Below, piece by piece: positions 26,454 through 36,537 of a stretch of DNA of 64,000 bases. The notes under the pieces are model-generated. The model saw only the letters and a list, made by a program, of their open reading frames with translations, had not been told where the DNA came from and made no database searches. Positions within the stretch are counted from its first letter, which is position 1, and each line of letters begins with the position of its first letter. A program made the translations under genes and the position numbers. The stretch comes from Candidatus Woesearchaeota archaeon (GTDB lineage: Archaea > Nanobdellota > Nanobdellia > Woesearchaeales > UBA10216): NCBI GenBank assembly GCA_016180065.1, contig JACPBY010000002.1:2214-66213 (forward strand), written 5' to 3'.

Positions 26454-27092
26454 GTGCTTATTTTGAAAAGGTTTATAAGCCAGGGAATACTATCATCCAT
26501 GATAGGGAAGAGGAAAAGCTTGGGAAAGACACAGGATCTGATGGAAATTGTAGACGCAGATGACCGCGTAATCGGGTGGGCAACTCGCGGGGAGGTTGAT
26601 GCACAGAGGCTGCCGGTAAGGGCTGCCAGGGTCATTGTTTATGACAAGATGATGAACATAGGTGTACAGAAGAGGGCAGAGGGCAAGCCAGTCTATGGTG
26701 GAGCGTATGATGTAGGTGTAGCTGAGGGAGTCCTTCTAGGCGAATCCTACGCGCAGGCTGGAGTGCGCGGCGTCCTTGAAGAGATGTTTGACGTACATTT
26801 AACTGCAGGCAAGCCATTCCAGCCAAGGCTGATGAACCTCGAGCCTGTTGCCAGGCTGCCAACCTTCACTGATGTTAATCTTAGAAGAACTTATTGGGTG
26901 TATGCCTTCTGTTACGACCAACTATTGCATGGCCCGATGGCTCATGAAAGAAGTGAAGTGGAAAGTTTTTTATTTCTGAGCGTGCCTGAACTCAGGAAAT
27001 ACCTTAACGACCCTGGAAAGGAATTTATTCCTGTTGCACGGGTTATTGGGCAGCTTGCAATTTCCCTGCTGGAAGGGAGACTAGGGAAATGA
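26454..27092 (+). CDS. Nudix-like hydrolase (degenerate Nudix box)
   Basis: MEIVDADDRVIGWATRGEV is a typical Nudix/IDI-type N-terminus. GVAEGVLLGESYAQAGVRGVLEEMFDV resembles Gx5Ex7REUxEExGU but is imperfect. The start is uncertain (GTG 26454, ATG 26499 or ATG 26541). Confidence 0.45.
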   Translation: MLILKRFISQGILSSMIGKRKSLGKTQDLMEIVDADDRVIGWATRGEVDAQRLPVRAARVIVYDKMMNIGVQKRAEGKPVYGGAYDVGVAEGVLLGESYAQAGVRGVLEEMFDVHLTAGKPFQPRLMNLEPVARLPTFTDVNLRRTYWVYAFCYDQLLHGPMAHERSEVESFLFLSVPELRKYLNDPGKEFIPVARVIGQLAISLLEGRLGK

Positions 27093-27108
27093 GCAGGAGT
27101 CAGCCAAC

Positions 27109-28062
27109 ATGAAAAGGAAGGTGGTCAAGCACGGGCCGTCAACCCTCATTGTTTCTATCCCAAGCGGCTGGGCAAAGGCAAACGGCATAGTAAAGGGAAG
27201 CGAGGTTGATGTGAAAGAGGAAGGCAAACTTCTTCTGGTAAGCGCTGAAAGCCAGGCTGAAAACCACCACAGGGAGGTTGACATTGACATTACCGGCCTG
27301 GACAGGACATCGCTTATGTTCGTCATAAGAAGCCTTTACAGGCTCGGATACGACACCATTAACGTAAAATTTGAGAAAAACCAGACCACATATTACCGCA
27401 CCGGGAAAATGCTTACTGTGATGTCAGTCATACACCAGGAGGTAAAGCGGCTAATAGGCGTTGAAGTTATGCAGGAAAGGGAAGGCTCATGCGTGATTAA
27501 GGACCTGGAAGTCGCTTCCATGAAGGATTTTGACCAGGTTGAACGCAGGATATTCCTGCTCATCATTGATGCGGCAGCCCAGCTTGCTGAAGGAGCCGGG
27601 AAGCACAACATGGCGCTTCTTGAAACCTTTGAGGAGAAGCATGACACAATCACAAAATTCATCAGCTACTGCCTCAGGCTCCTGAACAAGGGAGGCTCTT
27701 ACAGCCAGATGGGAACTGCCTACCATTACCACATAATTGCTGTCCTTGACAGGGTAATAGACGTCATAAAGTATTCTGCAAGGGACATGCGCAAATACAA
27801 AAAAGCCCTCCACCCAAGTGTCGTAGAAATCATGGAAGCGGTAAACAGGCATCTGCGGCTTTACTATGAGCTTTTCTACAAATACGAATCCAGAAAAGTC
27901 GTTGAGATTAGCATATCAAGATACGGCATGCAGGAAAAAGCAAAGGGCATCCCTGAGGCTGTTACAACAATAGAGAACCTCATAGCTGCGAACATGGCAA
28001 GCGTAGCAGACCTCATACTTGACCTTGTTGAGGCCAGGACAGCACTTGAGTACTCACGCTAG
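27109..28062 (+). CDS. AbrB/SpoVT-PhoU family regulator (archaeal PhoU homolog)
   Basis: The N-terminal KVVKHGPSTLIVSIPSGWAKANGIVKGSEVDV is a SpoVT/AbrB swapped-hairpin motif. The remainder is helical and PhoU-like. Confidence 0.7.
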   Translation: MKRKVVKHGPSTLIVSIPSGWAKANGIVKGSEVDVKEEGKLLLVSAESQAENHHREVDIDITGLDRTSLMFVIRSLYRLGYDTINVKFEKNQTTYYRTGKMLTVMSVIHQEVKRLIGVEVMQEREGSCVIKDLEVASMKDFDQVERRIFLLIIDAAAQLAEGAGKHNMALLETFEEKHDTITKFISYCLRLLNKGGSYSQMGTAYHYHIIAVLDRVIDVIKYSARDMRKYKKALHPSVVEIMEAVNRHLRLYYELFYKYESRKVVEISISRYGMQEKAKGIPEAVTTIENLIAANMASVADLILDLVEARTALEYSR

Positions 28063-29777
28063 TAAAAAAGCAGCTCAAGGCTGTAAACCTCTGAGCCTTT
28101 GGGCTTACCTGTAAGGGAAAAAACAAGCCTTGAGCTGTCAGGAACGATGCTGCCTTCACTTTGGGAGAGGGTGCCAGGCTGGACAGCTTCAATACCTTTC
28201 TGGCGCAGGTAGGATGAAACAAGCCCTTTTGTGACATGCCCCCAGCTTTCCTTGTTCCGGATTTGTTCAGGTATGTCGGTTAATTCTTCAGGCACAATGC
28301 GGACATACCTGATTCCTCCTTTGGTTGTTACGTCCAAAACTGCCATGCTGGAAAAGTGCTCTAGCATGTGCAGGACTCCAAGAGAGGCAGCGCCTTTACT
28401 CCACTCATAGTAGCTTTGTACTGTATCGAATGGAATCTTAAGCACTTTCCCTTTTTCAAGATTTACAGCTTCCCCTGCGAGGGCTGCGAGGGTGCGCTCA
28501 GCATTAGCAACGTGGCTGGAATTTACTTCCGATGGCGGTGTGCTGTAAGGCGTTCCCATTAACGCGGTTCTGACTTTCACAATCCTGTCCTGGACCTGGC
28601 CAATTACCAGTTCCCTGGCATATTCAGAGTTATCATAATCCTGTCTTGATGCCAGCTCTGTGCCTATAACCGTGTCAGCCAGCTTCCTGTATCTGGGGTC
28701 CAGAGCTTTTTCCTCTTCCAGCATTTGGTCGATGCCGACAGTGGGCCTTCCATCCCAGGCAAGCCTGCGGAGCCTTGAAATTTCTGATGCCTCAAGAACA
28801 ACAACATGGGACATGCTACCGTAGATTCCTCTGAGCACTTTAGCTATTTCAATAACAGGCGTAATTACCATAACGTCGTTCCCTTCTGCATGTGCCTTTT
28901 CAACATTCGACAAATCAAGCATATAGATGTCTGTGCCGCTTAATGCCTCTTCAAGAGAGGATTTGCCCAGCTTGAGATACTGCTTCTTGGTCAGCAATAT
29001 GCCCTCTTTTGTATAGATTAAAGGCTTACGGGCTTCCGTTATTCTCTTGTGCATGGCAGGCAGGGTGAGAAACTCGTGCTCAATGCGCCTGAAAAGCTCA
29101 GGAAGTGCCTGATTATCCACATCGCCTGACCGCTGCTTTCTTGTTGTTGCGGCCATGAATGCTCTGAGAAACCGCATCCTCTTGCTCAGATACCCTGCGG
29201 TTGAAGACTTGCCCACTCCCGGAGGACCTGTGACGATGAAGTATCTTGGGAATTCTGGGCGGGGGCGTTTACTGATTGCAGCGTGGACAACCTTAAAAAG
29301 CTCATCGGGCGTTCCAGGCTTCTGCCATGTCCCGTCAATGTAGGGATTGTCTTTCACAAGGTCAATAATTCTCTGGCCTTCCATCTCCCTTGCGCTCATA
29401 AGGATTATATCTATGGAATCGCCACGAACATTCCTTATCGCGCTTGCAAGCTCAATGCCATTTCTAAACCTGGAACGCATATCTGCCGGAAGCTCTTTAA
29501 AAAAAATGTCCAAAACAACAGCATGCAATGATGAATCGCGGGTTGCAGCCTCGTACAGCACATCCGGAAAGCGTGTGCCCGTAAAGCCAAGGCTATATTC
29601 CCTGCCTTTTTTGTTCAAAGCCGGCAGGAATACCCGCAGGATAGCCTCAGTGTCATCCAGTACCCCAACCCTTGCGGGCGCTTCAGACAGCGACCCTTCA
29701 AGACCAGCAATGTTTGCAGAACCGCCCATATTGCAAATGGTAATAAAAGGCAGTATAAAATTGTTGCCATTTAGCAA
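28059..29777 (-). CDS. Receiver domain fused to a guanylate-kinase-like P-loop domain and an unassigned C-terminal domain
   Basis: REC motifs VLDD...VVLDIFF...ILMSA...KP. P-loop VTGPPGVGKSS, then ATTRKQRSGDVDN, which resembles the GK TTRxxRxGE motif. About 170 C-terminal aa are unassigned. The start is TTG 29777 or ATG 29729. Confidence 0.6.
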   Translation of the reverse strand: MLNGNNFILPFITICNMGGSANIAGLEGSLSEAPARVGVLDDTEAILRVFLPALNKKGREYSLGFTGTRFPDVLYEAATRDSSLHAVVLDIFFKELPADMRSRFRNGIELASAIRNVRGDSIDIILMSAREMEGQRIIDLVKDNPYIDGTWQKPGTPDELFKVVHAAISKRPRPEFPRYFIVTGPPGVGKSSTAGYLSKRMRFLRAFMAATTRKQRSGDVDNQALPELFRRIEHEFLTLPAMHKRITEARKPLIYTKEGILLTKKQYLKLGKSSLEEALSGTDIYMLDLSNVEKAHAEGNDVMVITPVIEIAKVLRGIYGSMSHVVVLEASEISRLRRLAWDGRPTVGIDQMLEEEKALDPRYRKLADTVIGTELASRQDYDNSEYARELVIGQVQDRIVKVRTALMGTPYSTPPSEVNSSHVANAERTLAALAGEAVNLEKGKVLKIPFDTVQSYYEWSKGAASLGVLHMLEHFSSMAVLDVTTKGGIRYVRIVPEELTDIPEQIRNKESWGHVTKGLVSSYLRQKGIEAVQPGTLSQSEGSIVPDSSRLVFSLTGKPKGSEVYSLELLFY

Positions 29778-29789
29778 TTACGAAATCCG

Positions 29790-31646
29790 TTAGAACCTGA
29801 CTTTCAGCTCAAACAGCTTCTTAAGGAGAGGGGCAAACTGGAGCTTCATGAATTTGGTGTCTGGAAGGGGGCAGATGGATGTTGCGACAGTCCTCATCCT
29901 TTGGTCGCTGTAAAACCTTATGTGCCCGTTCCGCTCTGTCTCGTAGTCTGTGTAATCAACATATGCGCTCAACGCGCACAGGTCGGTTGAGCTTACGGCT
30001 GCAATGCAGCAGTGCGGGCAGCCTTCAATATGCGCCTTTATCCTTGCAACTGATTCAGGCGATGCTCCGGGCTCAAGCCTTATGTGGCTGAAAACAATAA
30101 GCTCAGAGCCTACCTTCATGAAGTTAGGAATGTTAACAATGCGCAAAAAGCCGCCCTTAATGAGCTTAAGCCTTGCCTGCGAGATGCTGGGCCTCGGAAG
30201 CCTGGTTATTTTGGCAAGGCCAGAGTCGTTTGCTGACGGGTATTTGACAAGCGCATAGAGGATGGCTTTTTCGTTTGGCGTAAGTTTCCGGACAGCGGGC
30301 TTCAAGGCAGCCTTTTGGGGGGCTTTGGGCTCTTCAACTGCTTCGAGCTCAAGCAGGCTGCGCAGGTAGCTGCCATAGTCAAACAGCTTGAGAAAGCTGC
30401 TAAGGCCGAACGGAAAATAAACAGAGCGCAACGCCCTGCTTAGCCCTCCAGCCTCGAACTTTGCCGCCATGGCATCAAGGTGCATTTTAACATCAGTCAG
30501 GCTTTTTGAAACGCACGCCTCGATAAACTGGTTGGACGTGGCTTCAACGCATAACTGCTCAGGAGCGCCTGAGGCTTCCTCAAAGAGCTTCAGCTTTGAG
30601 GCTTCGTCAGCGTACAGCGGATTAAGCGTTGCGTAGGTGATTGTCAGAAGCTCACAGCCCAGAAGCGAGAAGTCTGGAATCCTGTAAGTGGAATAGAAAT
30701 GCTCCCTTTCCAGCCTGTTGCGGATGGCTGTTATGGTGGACCGCTTAAGCTTCAGCTTCCTGCTGAGCTCAATGTCATTAAGCAAAGGGTATCTTACCCT
30801 GCTGTAAAACACAAGCTTCTCATTGCCGGTCAGGGGTATTTTCCCTGTCAGCCTTATGACCTCCCTTGCAAGGATTGCCTTTTCCCTCTCCAGCTTCCTG
30901 ACGTTTGAAAGGTCTGTGATGTTCATGCTGCTGCCGATGTACTGCCCATCTGCAAAAATCGCCAGGACATTGACCTTTGACGGCACAACCTCGCCATTCT
31001 TCTTCCGCAGCCCCACCTCAATGTTCCTGACCAGCTCTTTCCTGCCGAAAAGGGCATAGATTTCCTTGCCGCTGTCAAAAAACCTTTCAACATCGCTGCT
31101 GACAACCTCCTGCCTGGAGCAGCCTGACATTTCAAGGAATGCCTTGTTTGCCTCAACAACCCGGTTGTTTATGTCCACTGAAAGGTAGCCGTCGTTGGAG
31201 TTGTGGTAAAGCTCCTCAATATGCTCCCTATGCCTCGCCAGGTCAGCTTCTGCCTTCCTGTGCTCCCGCCGTGAAGATGCCTCTTCAAGCTCACGCTTCA
31301 CGGCAGGCAGAAGCCTTGCTAACCTGCCTTTCATCACATAATCGTTTGCGCCTGCCTTCATCGCCTCAACAGCAGTTTCCTCGCCAATCTGGCCTGAAAC
31401 AATGATAAAGGGGATGTCAATCCCTGAAGCTCTCAAGGCTTTCAGGGCGTCAAGGCCGCTGAAATTAGGCATAATGTAATCACTTATTATGATGTCCCAT
31501 TCCTGCTTTTTCAGGGCAGCAGCCATGGCCTTGGCTGTATCAACCCTTTCTGAAACAACCTCAAATCCGCCCTGCCTGAGCTCCCTCCCCAGAAGAAGGG
31601 CGTCGTCTTCAGAGTCCTCTACGATAAGCACCTTAAGCTGCACCAT
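29790..31646 (-). CDS. Response regulator with REC, PAS and two tandem wHTH-containing repeats
   Basis: REC (VLIVEDSEDD...IIISDYIMP...IVSG...K) and a PAS-like segment. Two homologous repeats begin LTGNEKLVFYSRVRYPLLNDIELSRKLKLKRSTITAIRNRL and LTPNEKAILYALVKYPSANDSGLAKITRLPRPSISQARLKL. Confidence 0.75.
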   Translation of the reverse strand: MVQLKVLIVEDSEDDALLLGRELRQGGFEVVSERVDTAKAMAAALKKQEWDIIISDYIMPNFSGLDALKALRASGIDIPFIIVSGQIGEETAVEAMKAGANDYVMKGRLARLLPAVKRELEEASSRREHRKAEADLARHREHIEELYHNSNDGYLSVDINNRVVEANKAFLEMSGCSRQEVVSSDVERFFDSGKEIYALFGRKELVRNIEVGLRKKNGEVVPSKVNVLAIFADGQYIGSSMNITDLSNVRKLEREKAILAREVIRLTGKIPLTGNEKLVFYSRVRYPLLNDIELSRKLKLKRSTITAIRNRLEREHFYSTYRIPDFSLLGCELLTITYATLNPLYADEASKLKLFEEASGAPEQLCVEATSNQFIEACVSKSLTDVKMHLDAMAAKFEAGGLSRALRSVYFPFGLSSFLKLFDYGSYLRSLLELEAVEEPKAPQKAALKPAVRKLTPNEKAILYALVKYPSANDSGLAKITRLPRPSISQARLKLIKGGFLRIVNIPNFMKVGSELIVFSHIRLEPGASPESVARIKAHIEGCPHCCIAAVSSTDLCALSAYVDYTDYETERNGHIRFYSDQRMRTVATSICPLPDTKFMKLQFAPLLKKLFELKVRF

Positions 31647-31660
31647 TTTGTCATCTATAC

Positions 31661-32083
31661 TTAATGGGAGGGCTCGTTCAGCACGAGCCAGTACAAGCCA
31701 AGCTGCTGCACAGCATGGCTGAACTGGTCAAAGTCAACAGGCTTCCGGATGTAGCTATTCGCTCCCAGGCTGTAGCTGTTAACGCGGTCCTGCTCCTCTT
31801 TTGATGATGTAAGAATAATTACGGGAAGAAGCCTTGTCTCTTTATGAGACCTGATTGCTTTGAGAACCTCCAAGCCATCCACTTTTGGAAGCTTCAAGTC
31901 AAGAAGCACAACACCGGGCAGCGAATTGCTGTTTCTGCCGTTGCCATGAAGAAAGCCCAGAGCTTCAGCCCCATCCCTTACTGTCAACAGCTCATTCGCC
32001 ACATTGCTTTTCCTGAAAGCCCGCTTGGTAAGCTCGATGTCATCAGGGTTATCTTCCACCAGCAAAATAGGCCTTGTTTCCAT
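31661..32083 (-). CDS. Single-domain CheY-like response regulator (copy 2)
   Basis: [15 protein letters not shown]...[13 protein letters not shown]...ILTSS...KP. The ATG is preceded by GAGGGAGG. Confidence 0.85.
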   Translation of the reverse strand: METRPILLVEDNPDDIELTKRAFRKSNVANELLTVRDGAEALGFLHGNGRNSNSLPGVVLLDLKLPKVDGLEVLKAIRSHKETRLLPVIILTSSKEEQDRVNSYSLGANSYIRKPVDFDQFSHAVQQLGLYWLVLNEPSH

Positions 32084-32099
32084 TCTTTCAACCTCCCTC

Positions 32100-32123
32100 A
32101 AAATTCTGCCGCAGCAGAATTTT
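32100..32123. promoter_or_regulatory. Palindrome AAAATTCTGC-CGCA-GCAGAATTTT between the kinase stop and the regulator start
   Basis: 10-bp perfect arms. It lies 16 nt upstream of the ATG at 32083. The same motif occurs at 45248-45273 and 45345-45371. Confidence 0.6.
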
Positions 32124-32159
32124 TGGTTTATCATGCCACGAACTACTCCTAAAACCGAC

Positions 32160-34955
32160 TTAAAGAGTGAAATAAAACGTTGCGCCTTTGCCAACGCTGC
32201 CTTCTGCCCAAACCTTGCCGCCGTGCCTCGCGATTACTCTGGAAACTATTGCCAGGCCAATGCCTGTTCCTGGGAACTCTGTTGCTGAATGAAGCCTCTG
32301 GAAGGGCATAAAAAGCTTTCCGGCATAAGCCATGTCAAAGCCTGCGCCGTTATCCCTGATAAAATAAGCCTGCTGCCCATCTTTAACAGTTGTGCCAAAC
32401 TCCATCCTTGCACTGGGCTGCCTTGAAGTAAATTTCCATGCGTTTCCCAAAAGGTTTTCGAACACCTGCTGGACAAGCTGCTTATCGCATCGTGCAACAA
32501 TGCCCCGGGCAACAACAAATTCTGCATCGCGATCCGGCTCAGCCTCCTGAAGCTTTGCCGCAACGCTCCTGGCAAGGGCGCTGAGGTCAACCTCATTCCT
32601 GCTCAATCCGGCTTTGGTGACTCTGGAAAGCTTTAGCATGTCGTCAATGAGCTGCCCCATTCTTTGGGTAGCTGCTCTCAGGCGCTTAAGAAAGTCCTTG
32701 CCCTTATCATCAAGCCTGTCGGTGTAGTCCTCAAGCAGCGCCTGGCTGAAGCCGTCAATGCTCCTAAGCGGGGAGCGCAGGTCATGCGATGTTGAATAGC
32801 TGAATGCCTCAAGTTCCTTATTGGCGGCCTCAAGCTCTGCTGCGCGGTTCTTCAGGTCATTGTTGAGCTGCATAACCTCTTCCTCGAACTGCTTGCGCGC
32901 TGTTATGTCCTCCTTGATTGCGATGAAATGGGTAACCTTCCCGGTTTCAGACCTGACTGGCGTGATGGTCATGTCCTCTGGATACAGGCTGCCATCCTTG
33001 CGCCTGTTAACTGTCTCGCCCTTCCACACATTCCCTGCAAGAACAGTATCCCAAAGATTTTTGTAGAAGGAACTGCCCTGCTTTCCTGACTTGAGCATCC
33101 TTGGATTCTGCCCTACTGCCTCATCAGCAGAATAGCCTGTAAGCTCGGTAAATGCAGGGTTCACCCACTCTATTACGCCATCTGTGTTTGTAAGGACAAT
33201 GGCGTTTGCCGCAGCTGCCAATGCAGACGACTGGATATGAAGCTTCTCTTCAGCTTTCTTGCGCCCGGTAATGTCATTGAAGATTTCAAGAACATGCCTT
33301 TTGCCGCCCAGCACAATGCCAGTGTGGGATATCTGAAAGGTCTTGTTGCCACTGATTCCGGAAACCTCCAGAACCTGTGTGCCGCCACCAAGCGGGTTCT
33401 TCAGCGGGCAGTTTTCGCACTGCTTTTTGTCATCCTTGTAAACCTCATAGCACTTCTTTCCAACGTTGCCTTTGCCGAATACATCCTCAAGCGCCTTGTT
33501 CATGTAGACCAGCCTGAGGCTTTCGTCAACAATGTCCAAGCCATCCGGCATCGTCCTGAGGACGTTTTCGGAAAACTCCTTTTCCTGCTTAAGCAAGGCT
33601 TCTGCCTGCTGGCGCCCGGTAATGTCCTGCACAATGCCAAGCATCCTGACTGCCTTGCCATTCACGTCCCTAATGACATTGCCTGTCTCAAGAACCCAGT
33701 GGACTGAGCTGTCAGGCCAGACTATGCGGTGCTCTATCTGGTAGTCATCGCCTTTTTCCACGCAGGCATTTACTGCATCAACAACGCGCTGCCGGTCATC
33801 AGGGTGAACCAACTTCAGGAACGCCTCATAGGTTGCCTCAAACTCTCCCTCGGCAAACCCGAACATTGGCTCTATCATTTCAGACCATTGAAGCACTCCT
33901 GTGATTATGTTCCAGTCCCAGCTTCCAATTCCGGTTGCGTGCTCGGCGAGCTTGTAGCGCTCCTCGCTTTTTTCCAAAGCTTCCTCTGTTTTCCTGCGCT
34001 CAGTGATGTCAAAGGCAATGCACGAAAGCACATCCCCCTCAAGGACTATGCTGCCAAGCAGGGTGATTTTTTTGCCTTTTTTTGTAATGCCTTCAAACTC
34101 ATAGCCAAAAACCCTGCCTTTCTCCTTAAGTTGAGCAAGGTAATCCTTCCTCTTTTCAGGGTTTGCCCACAGAGGGATAATGCTCTGCCCGGCAGCCTCC
34201 TGCGCAGACTTAAAGCCAAATATTTTCGCAAAAGCGCCGTTGGCGAGGATGATCTCGCCTTTCAGGCTTGTCCTGAACACCGCTATAAGCGCGTTGTCCA
34301 GCAGGCTGCCGTATTTCTGCTCTATAAGTTCAGAAGCCTTCTCAGCCCTCCTTCGGCTTGCGCTTTCAATTACTTCCCATTTCCCAGCCCTCCTTATGAT
34401 GGCAGACTGGTGGCAGTTCATCACGTCAATAACCTCAGAAGCCTCGCACTTGTCAATGGAGTATGTGCATACTGCCACGATTTTGTACTGGCCAATCACG
34501 CTGTCAACTGTTGCCTCATAGTCTGCAAAGCTTTTCCAGTCTTTCTTCTCAATCCAGAACGTGTTGCCTGTCAGCCTCAAGCCGCCATAGCCATTCTTTA
34601 AAGCTTTATTGAGCTTGCCAACCCAGCCGGCAAGCACCCTTTTCTCCTCAAAATAGCCGCCCTTAAGATACCAGTCTGTATGCGGAATAATCTCAATCTG
34701 GCCGTTCTTCACATAGCTGTAAAAGCCGGGCACTGCTGCTTTCATGGCTGCAACAGCGTCTTTAACGGTTAATGGCTCTGAGGTTACCCACATGCAAAAC
34801 TCATTATTCTCCAGGCCTGCCTTGAAGTAAGGGACAAGAATTTCGAGCAGGTCTTCCTTCGAGTGATAGAACTGGCAGAGATGAGTGCCCCAAGGAACAT
34901 CGCCCAGAAGGGCAATGCCTGACTTCCTAAGCTGGCTGGCATTAACAGCGCCCAA
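32160..34955 (-). CDS. Sensor histidine kinase with an N-terminal MEDS domain and multiple PAS domains
   Basis: [34 protein letters not shown] is MEDS-like. There are about four PAS repeats, an H-box ([13 protein letters not shown]) and a HATPase_c domain (N, G1 DNGAGF, G2 GTGIGL). AGGAGGGGTG lies 5 nt before the TTG at 34955; the listed GTG at 34988 is the longest alternative. Confidence 0.85.
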   Translation of the reverse strand: MGAVNASQLRKSGIALLGDVPWGTHLCQFYHSKEDLLEILVPYFKAGLENNEFCMWVTSEPLTVKDAVAAMKAAVPGFYSYVKNGQIEIIPHTDWYLKGGYFEEKRVLAGWVGKLNKALKNGYGGLRLTGNTFWIEKKDWKSFADYEATVDSVIGQYKIVAVCTYSIDKCEASEVIDVMNCHQSAIIRRAGKWEVIESASRRRAEKASELIEQKYGSLLDNALIAVFRTSLKGEIILANGAFAKIFGFKSAQEAAGQSIIPLWANPEKRKDYLAQLKEKGRVFGYEFEGITKKGKKITLLGSIVLEGDVLSCIAFDITERRKTEEALEKSEERYKLAEHATGIGSWDWNIITGVLQWSEMIEPMFGFAEGEFEATYEAFLKLVHPDDRQRVVDAVNACVEKGDDYQIEHRIVWPDSSVHWVLETGNVIRDVNGKAVRMLGIVQDITGRQQAEALLKQEKEFSENVLRTMPDGLDIVDESLRLVYMNKALEDVFGKGNVGKKCYEVYKDDKKQCENCPLKNPLGGGTQVLEVSGISGNKTFQISHTGIVLGGKRHVLEIFNDITGRKKAEEKLHIQSSALAAAANAIVLTNTDGVIEWVNPAFTELTGYSADEAVGQNPRMLKSGKQGSSFYKNLWDTVLAGNVWKGETVNRRKDGSLYPEDMTITPVRSETGKVTHFIAIKEDITARKQFEEEVMQLNNDLKNRAAELEAANKELEAFSYSTSHDLRSPLRSIDGFSQALLEDYTDRLDDKGKDFLKRLRAATQRMGQLIDDMLKLSRVTKAGLSRNEVDLSALARSVAAKLQEAEPDRDAEFVVARGIVARCDKQLVQQVFENLLGNAWKFTSRQPSARMEFGTTVKDGQQAYFIRDNGAGFDMAYAGKLFMPFQRLHSATEFPGTGIGLAIVSRVIARHGGKVWAEGSVGKGATFYFTL

Positions 34956-35184
34956 ACAAACACCCCTCCTAAAAAATATTCCAGACACATCCGGCCAAGC
35001 GGCAAAGGCTGCGGGAAGCCAAGCAGCTTTATAATTGTTTCGATGGGCTTTGTTAAACTGATTGGCTGCAAAGGGATGTTAAGCAGTTTGACAAAAAAAC
35101 GCAGCAAAAAAAGCATCACAGTTGCCGCTATTGCAGCCACGCTTGCCAGAAACATTTAAAACACAGCACCGTAAAGCAAGGCAC

Positions 35185-36531
35185 ATGGGCGACAAAGAAA
35201 CCAAGAAGCTGCTTGAAGAGGTAAAGGCCAGTAACAAGCCTTCTGCAGCTGAAGCAAAGGCTGTTGAAAGGGTTGCAAACAGCATTACTGAAAGGCTTGA
35301 AAAGGCGCTGAAGAGCTGCCGGATAAAGGCAAAGGCTGCAGTAGGGGGCTCAGGAGCCAAGGGAACATGGCTAAGGGGAATGCACGACATAGATGTTTTT
35401 GTGTGCTTCGACTATACAAGATATAAGGAAAAGAGCGGCGAGCTGAGCGAAATACTGGCTGCTGCGGTGAAAAAAGCCTTTCCAAAACATGAACGGCTGC
35501 ACGGCAGCAGGGACTATTTCAAAATCCAAAGCAAAGGCTGCAATTTTGAGCTTGTGCCCATACTCAGAATCAAAAACGCAAGGCAAGCCCTGAACATAAC
35601 AGACGTTTCATTGCTTCATTCCGGATGGGTCAAGAGGAAGATAGGAAAAAACAAGCAAACATCTCTTGCAGATGAGATAAGGCTGACAAAGGCGTTCTGC
35701 AAGGCATGCAGGGCATACGGGGCAGAAAGCTATGTCAGGGGGTTTTCGGGGTATGCCTGCGAGGTTTTGACAGCTTATTACGGGAGCTTCCTGAAGCTCA
35801 TAACATCTGCTGCGCTGAACTGGAAAAAACAAATCACGGCAGGGAAGAAGATAGTTGTTGATGCTGAAATGCACTACAGAAGAAGAGACCCGCTGAGGGA
35901 GCTGAACCAGGCAAAGGTGCAAAGCAGCCTTGTGGCCATAGACCCTGTGCAGCCAGACCGGAATGCTACCGCGGCACTAAGCAACGAGACACTTGCCGGT
36001 TTCATTGCGGCTGCCGAAAGGTTCCTGAAAAAACCATCAAAGGATGCTTTTGAAAGAGAAGAAATCACTGCTGAAAAGCTCATGCAAAAAGCAGGGAAAA
36101 ACAAAAAGCTTGTGATTGTAGAGGCAGAGCCTGTGAAAGCAAAGGAAGACGTTGCGGGGGCAAAACTGGTAAAGGCTTTTGAGCATATCCTGCTGAAGCT
36201 GCAGGAAAACGGATTTGAGGTTAATGGCTCTGGCTGGGAATGGAACAAAAACATGAAACGCGATGCCCTGCTGTGGTACTTCATTGGGAAAAAAGAGCCT
36301 GAAGCAGAGGAAAGGGCAGGCCCGCCATTGAGCAACAATCTGCATGCCGATAATTTCAGAAAAGAGCACAGCGGAAAAAGCGGCAGGCAGCTGCTTGAAA
36401 AAAAGGGCAGGCTGCATGTGAAGATAGAAAGGGCTTACCGGCAGCCGCAGCAACTGATAAGTGCGCTACTGGCTGAGGATGCTTACCTGAAGGGCAAGGC
36501 ACAGCGCTACAGCGCCAGAAGCTTTGGCTAA
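35185..36531 (+). CDS. cca: CCA-adding enzyme (archaeal class I tRNA nucleotidyltransferase)
   Basis: GGSGAKGTWLRGMHDIDVFVCF is the class I nucleotidyltransferase motif. A TATA-like TTTAAAA lies about 28 nt upstream of this ATG. Confidence 0.8.
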   Translation: MGDKETKKLLEEVKASNKPSAAEAKAVERVANSITERLEKALKSCRIKAKAAVGGSGAKGTWLRGMHDIDVFVCFDYTRYKEKSGELSEILAAAVKKAFPKHERLHGSRDYFKIQSKGCNFELVPILRIKNARQALNITDVSLLHSGWVKRKIGKNKQTSLADEIRLTKAFCKACRAYGAESYVRGFSGYACEVLTAYYGSFLKLITSAALNWKKQITAGKKIVVDAEMHYRRRDPLRELNQAKVQSSLVAIDPVQPDRNATAALSNETLAGFIAAAERFLKKPSKDAFEREEITAEKLMQKAGKNKKLVIVEAEPVKAKEDVAGAKLVKAFEHILLKLQENGFEVNGSGWEWNKNMKRDALLWYFIGKKEPEAEERAGPPLSNNLHADNFRKEHSGKSGRQLLEKKGRLHVKIERAYRQPQQLISALLAEDAYLKGKAQRYSARSFG

Positions 36532-36537
36532 GGCAAA

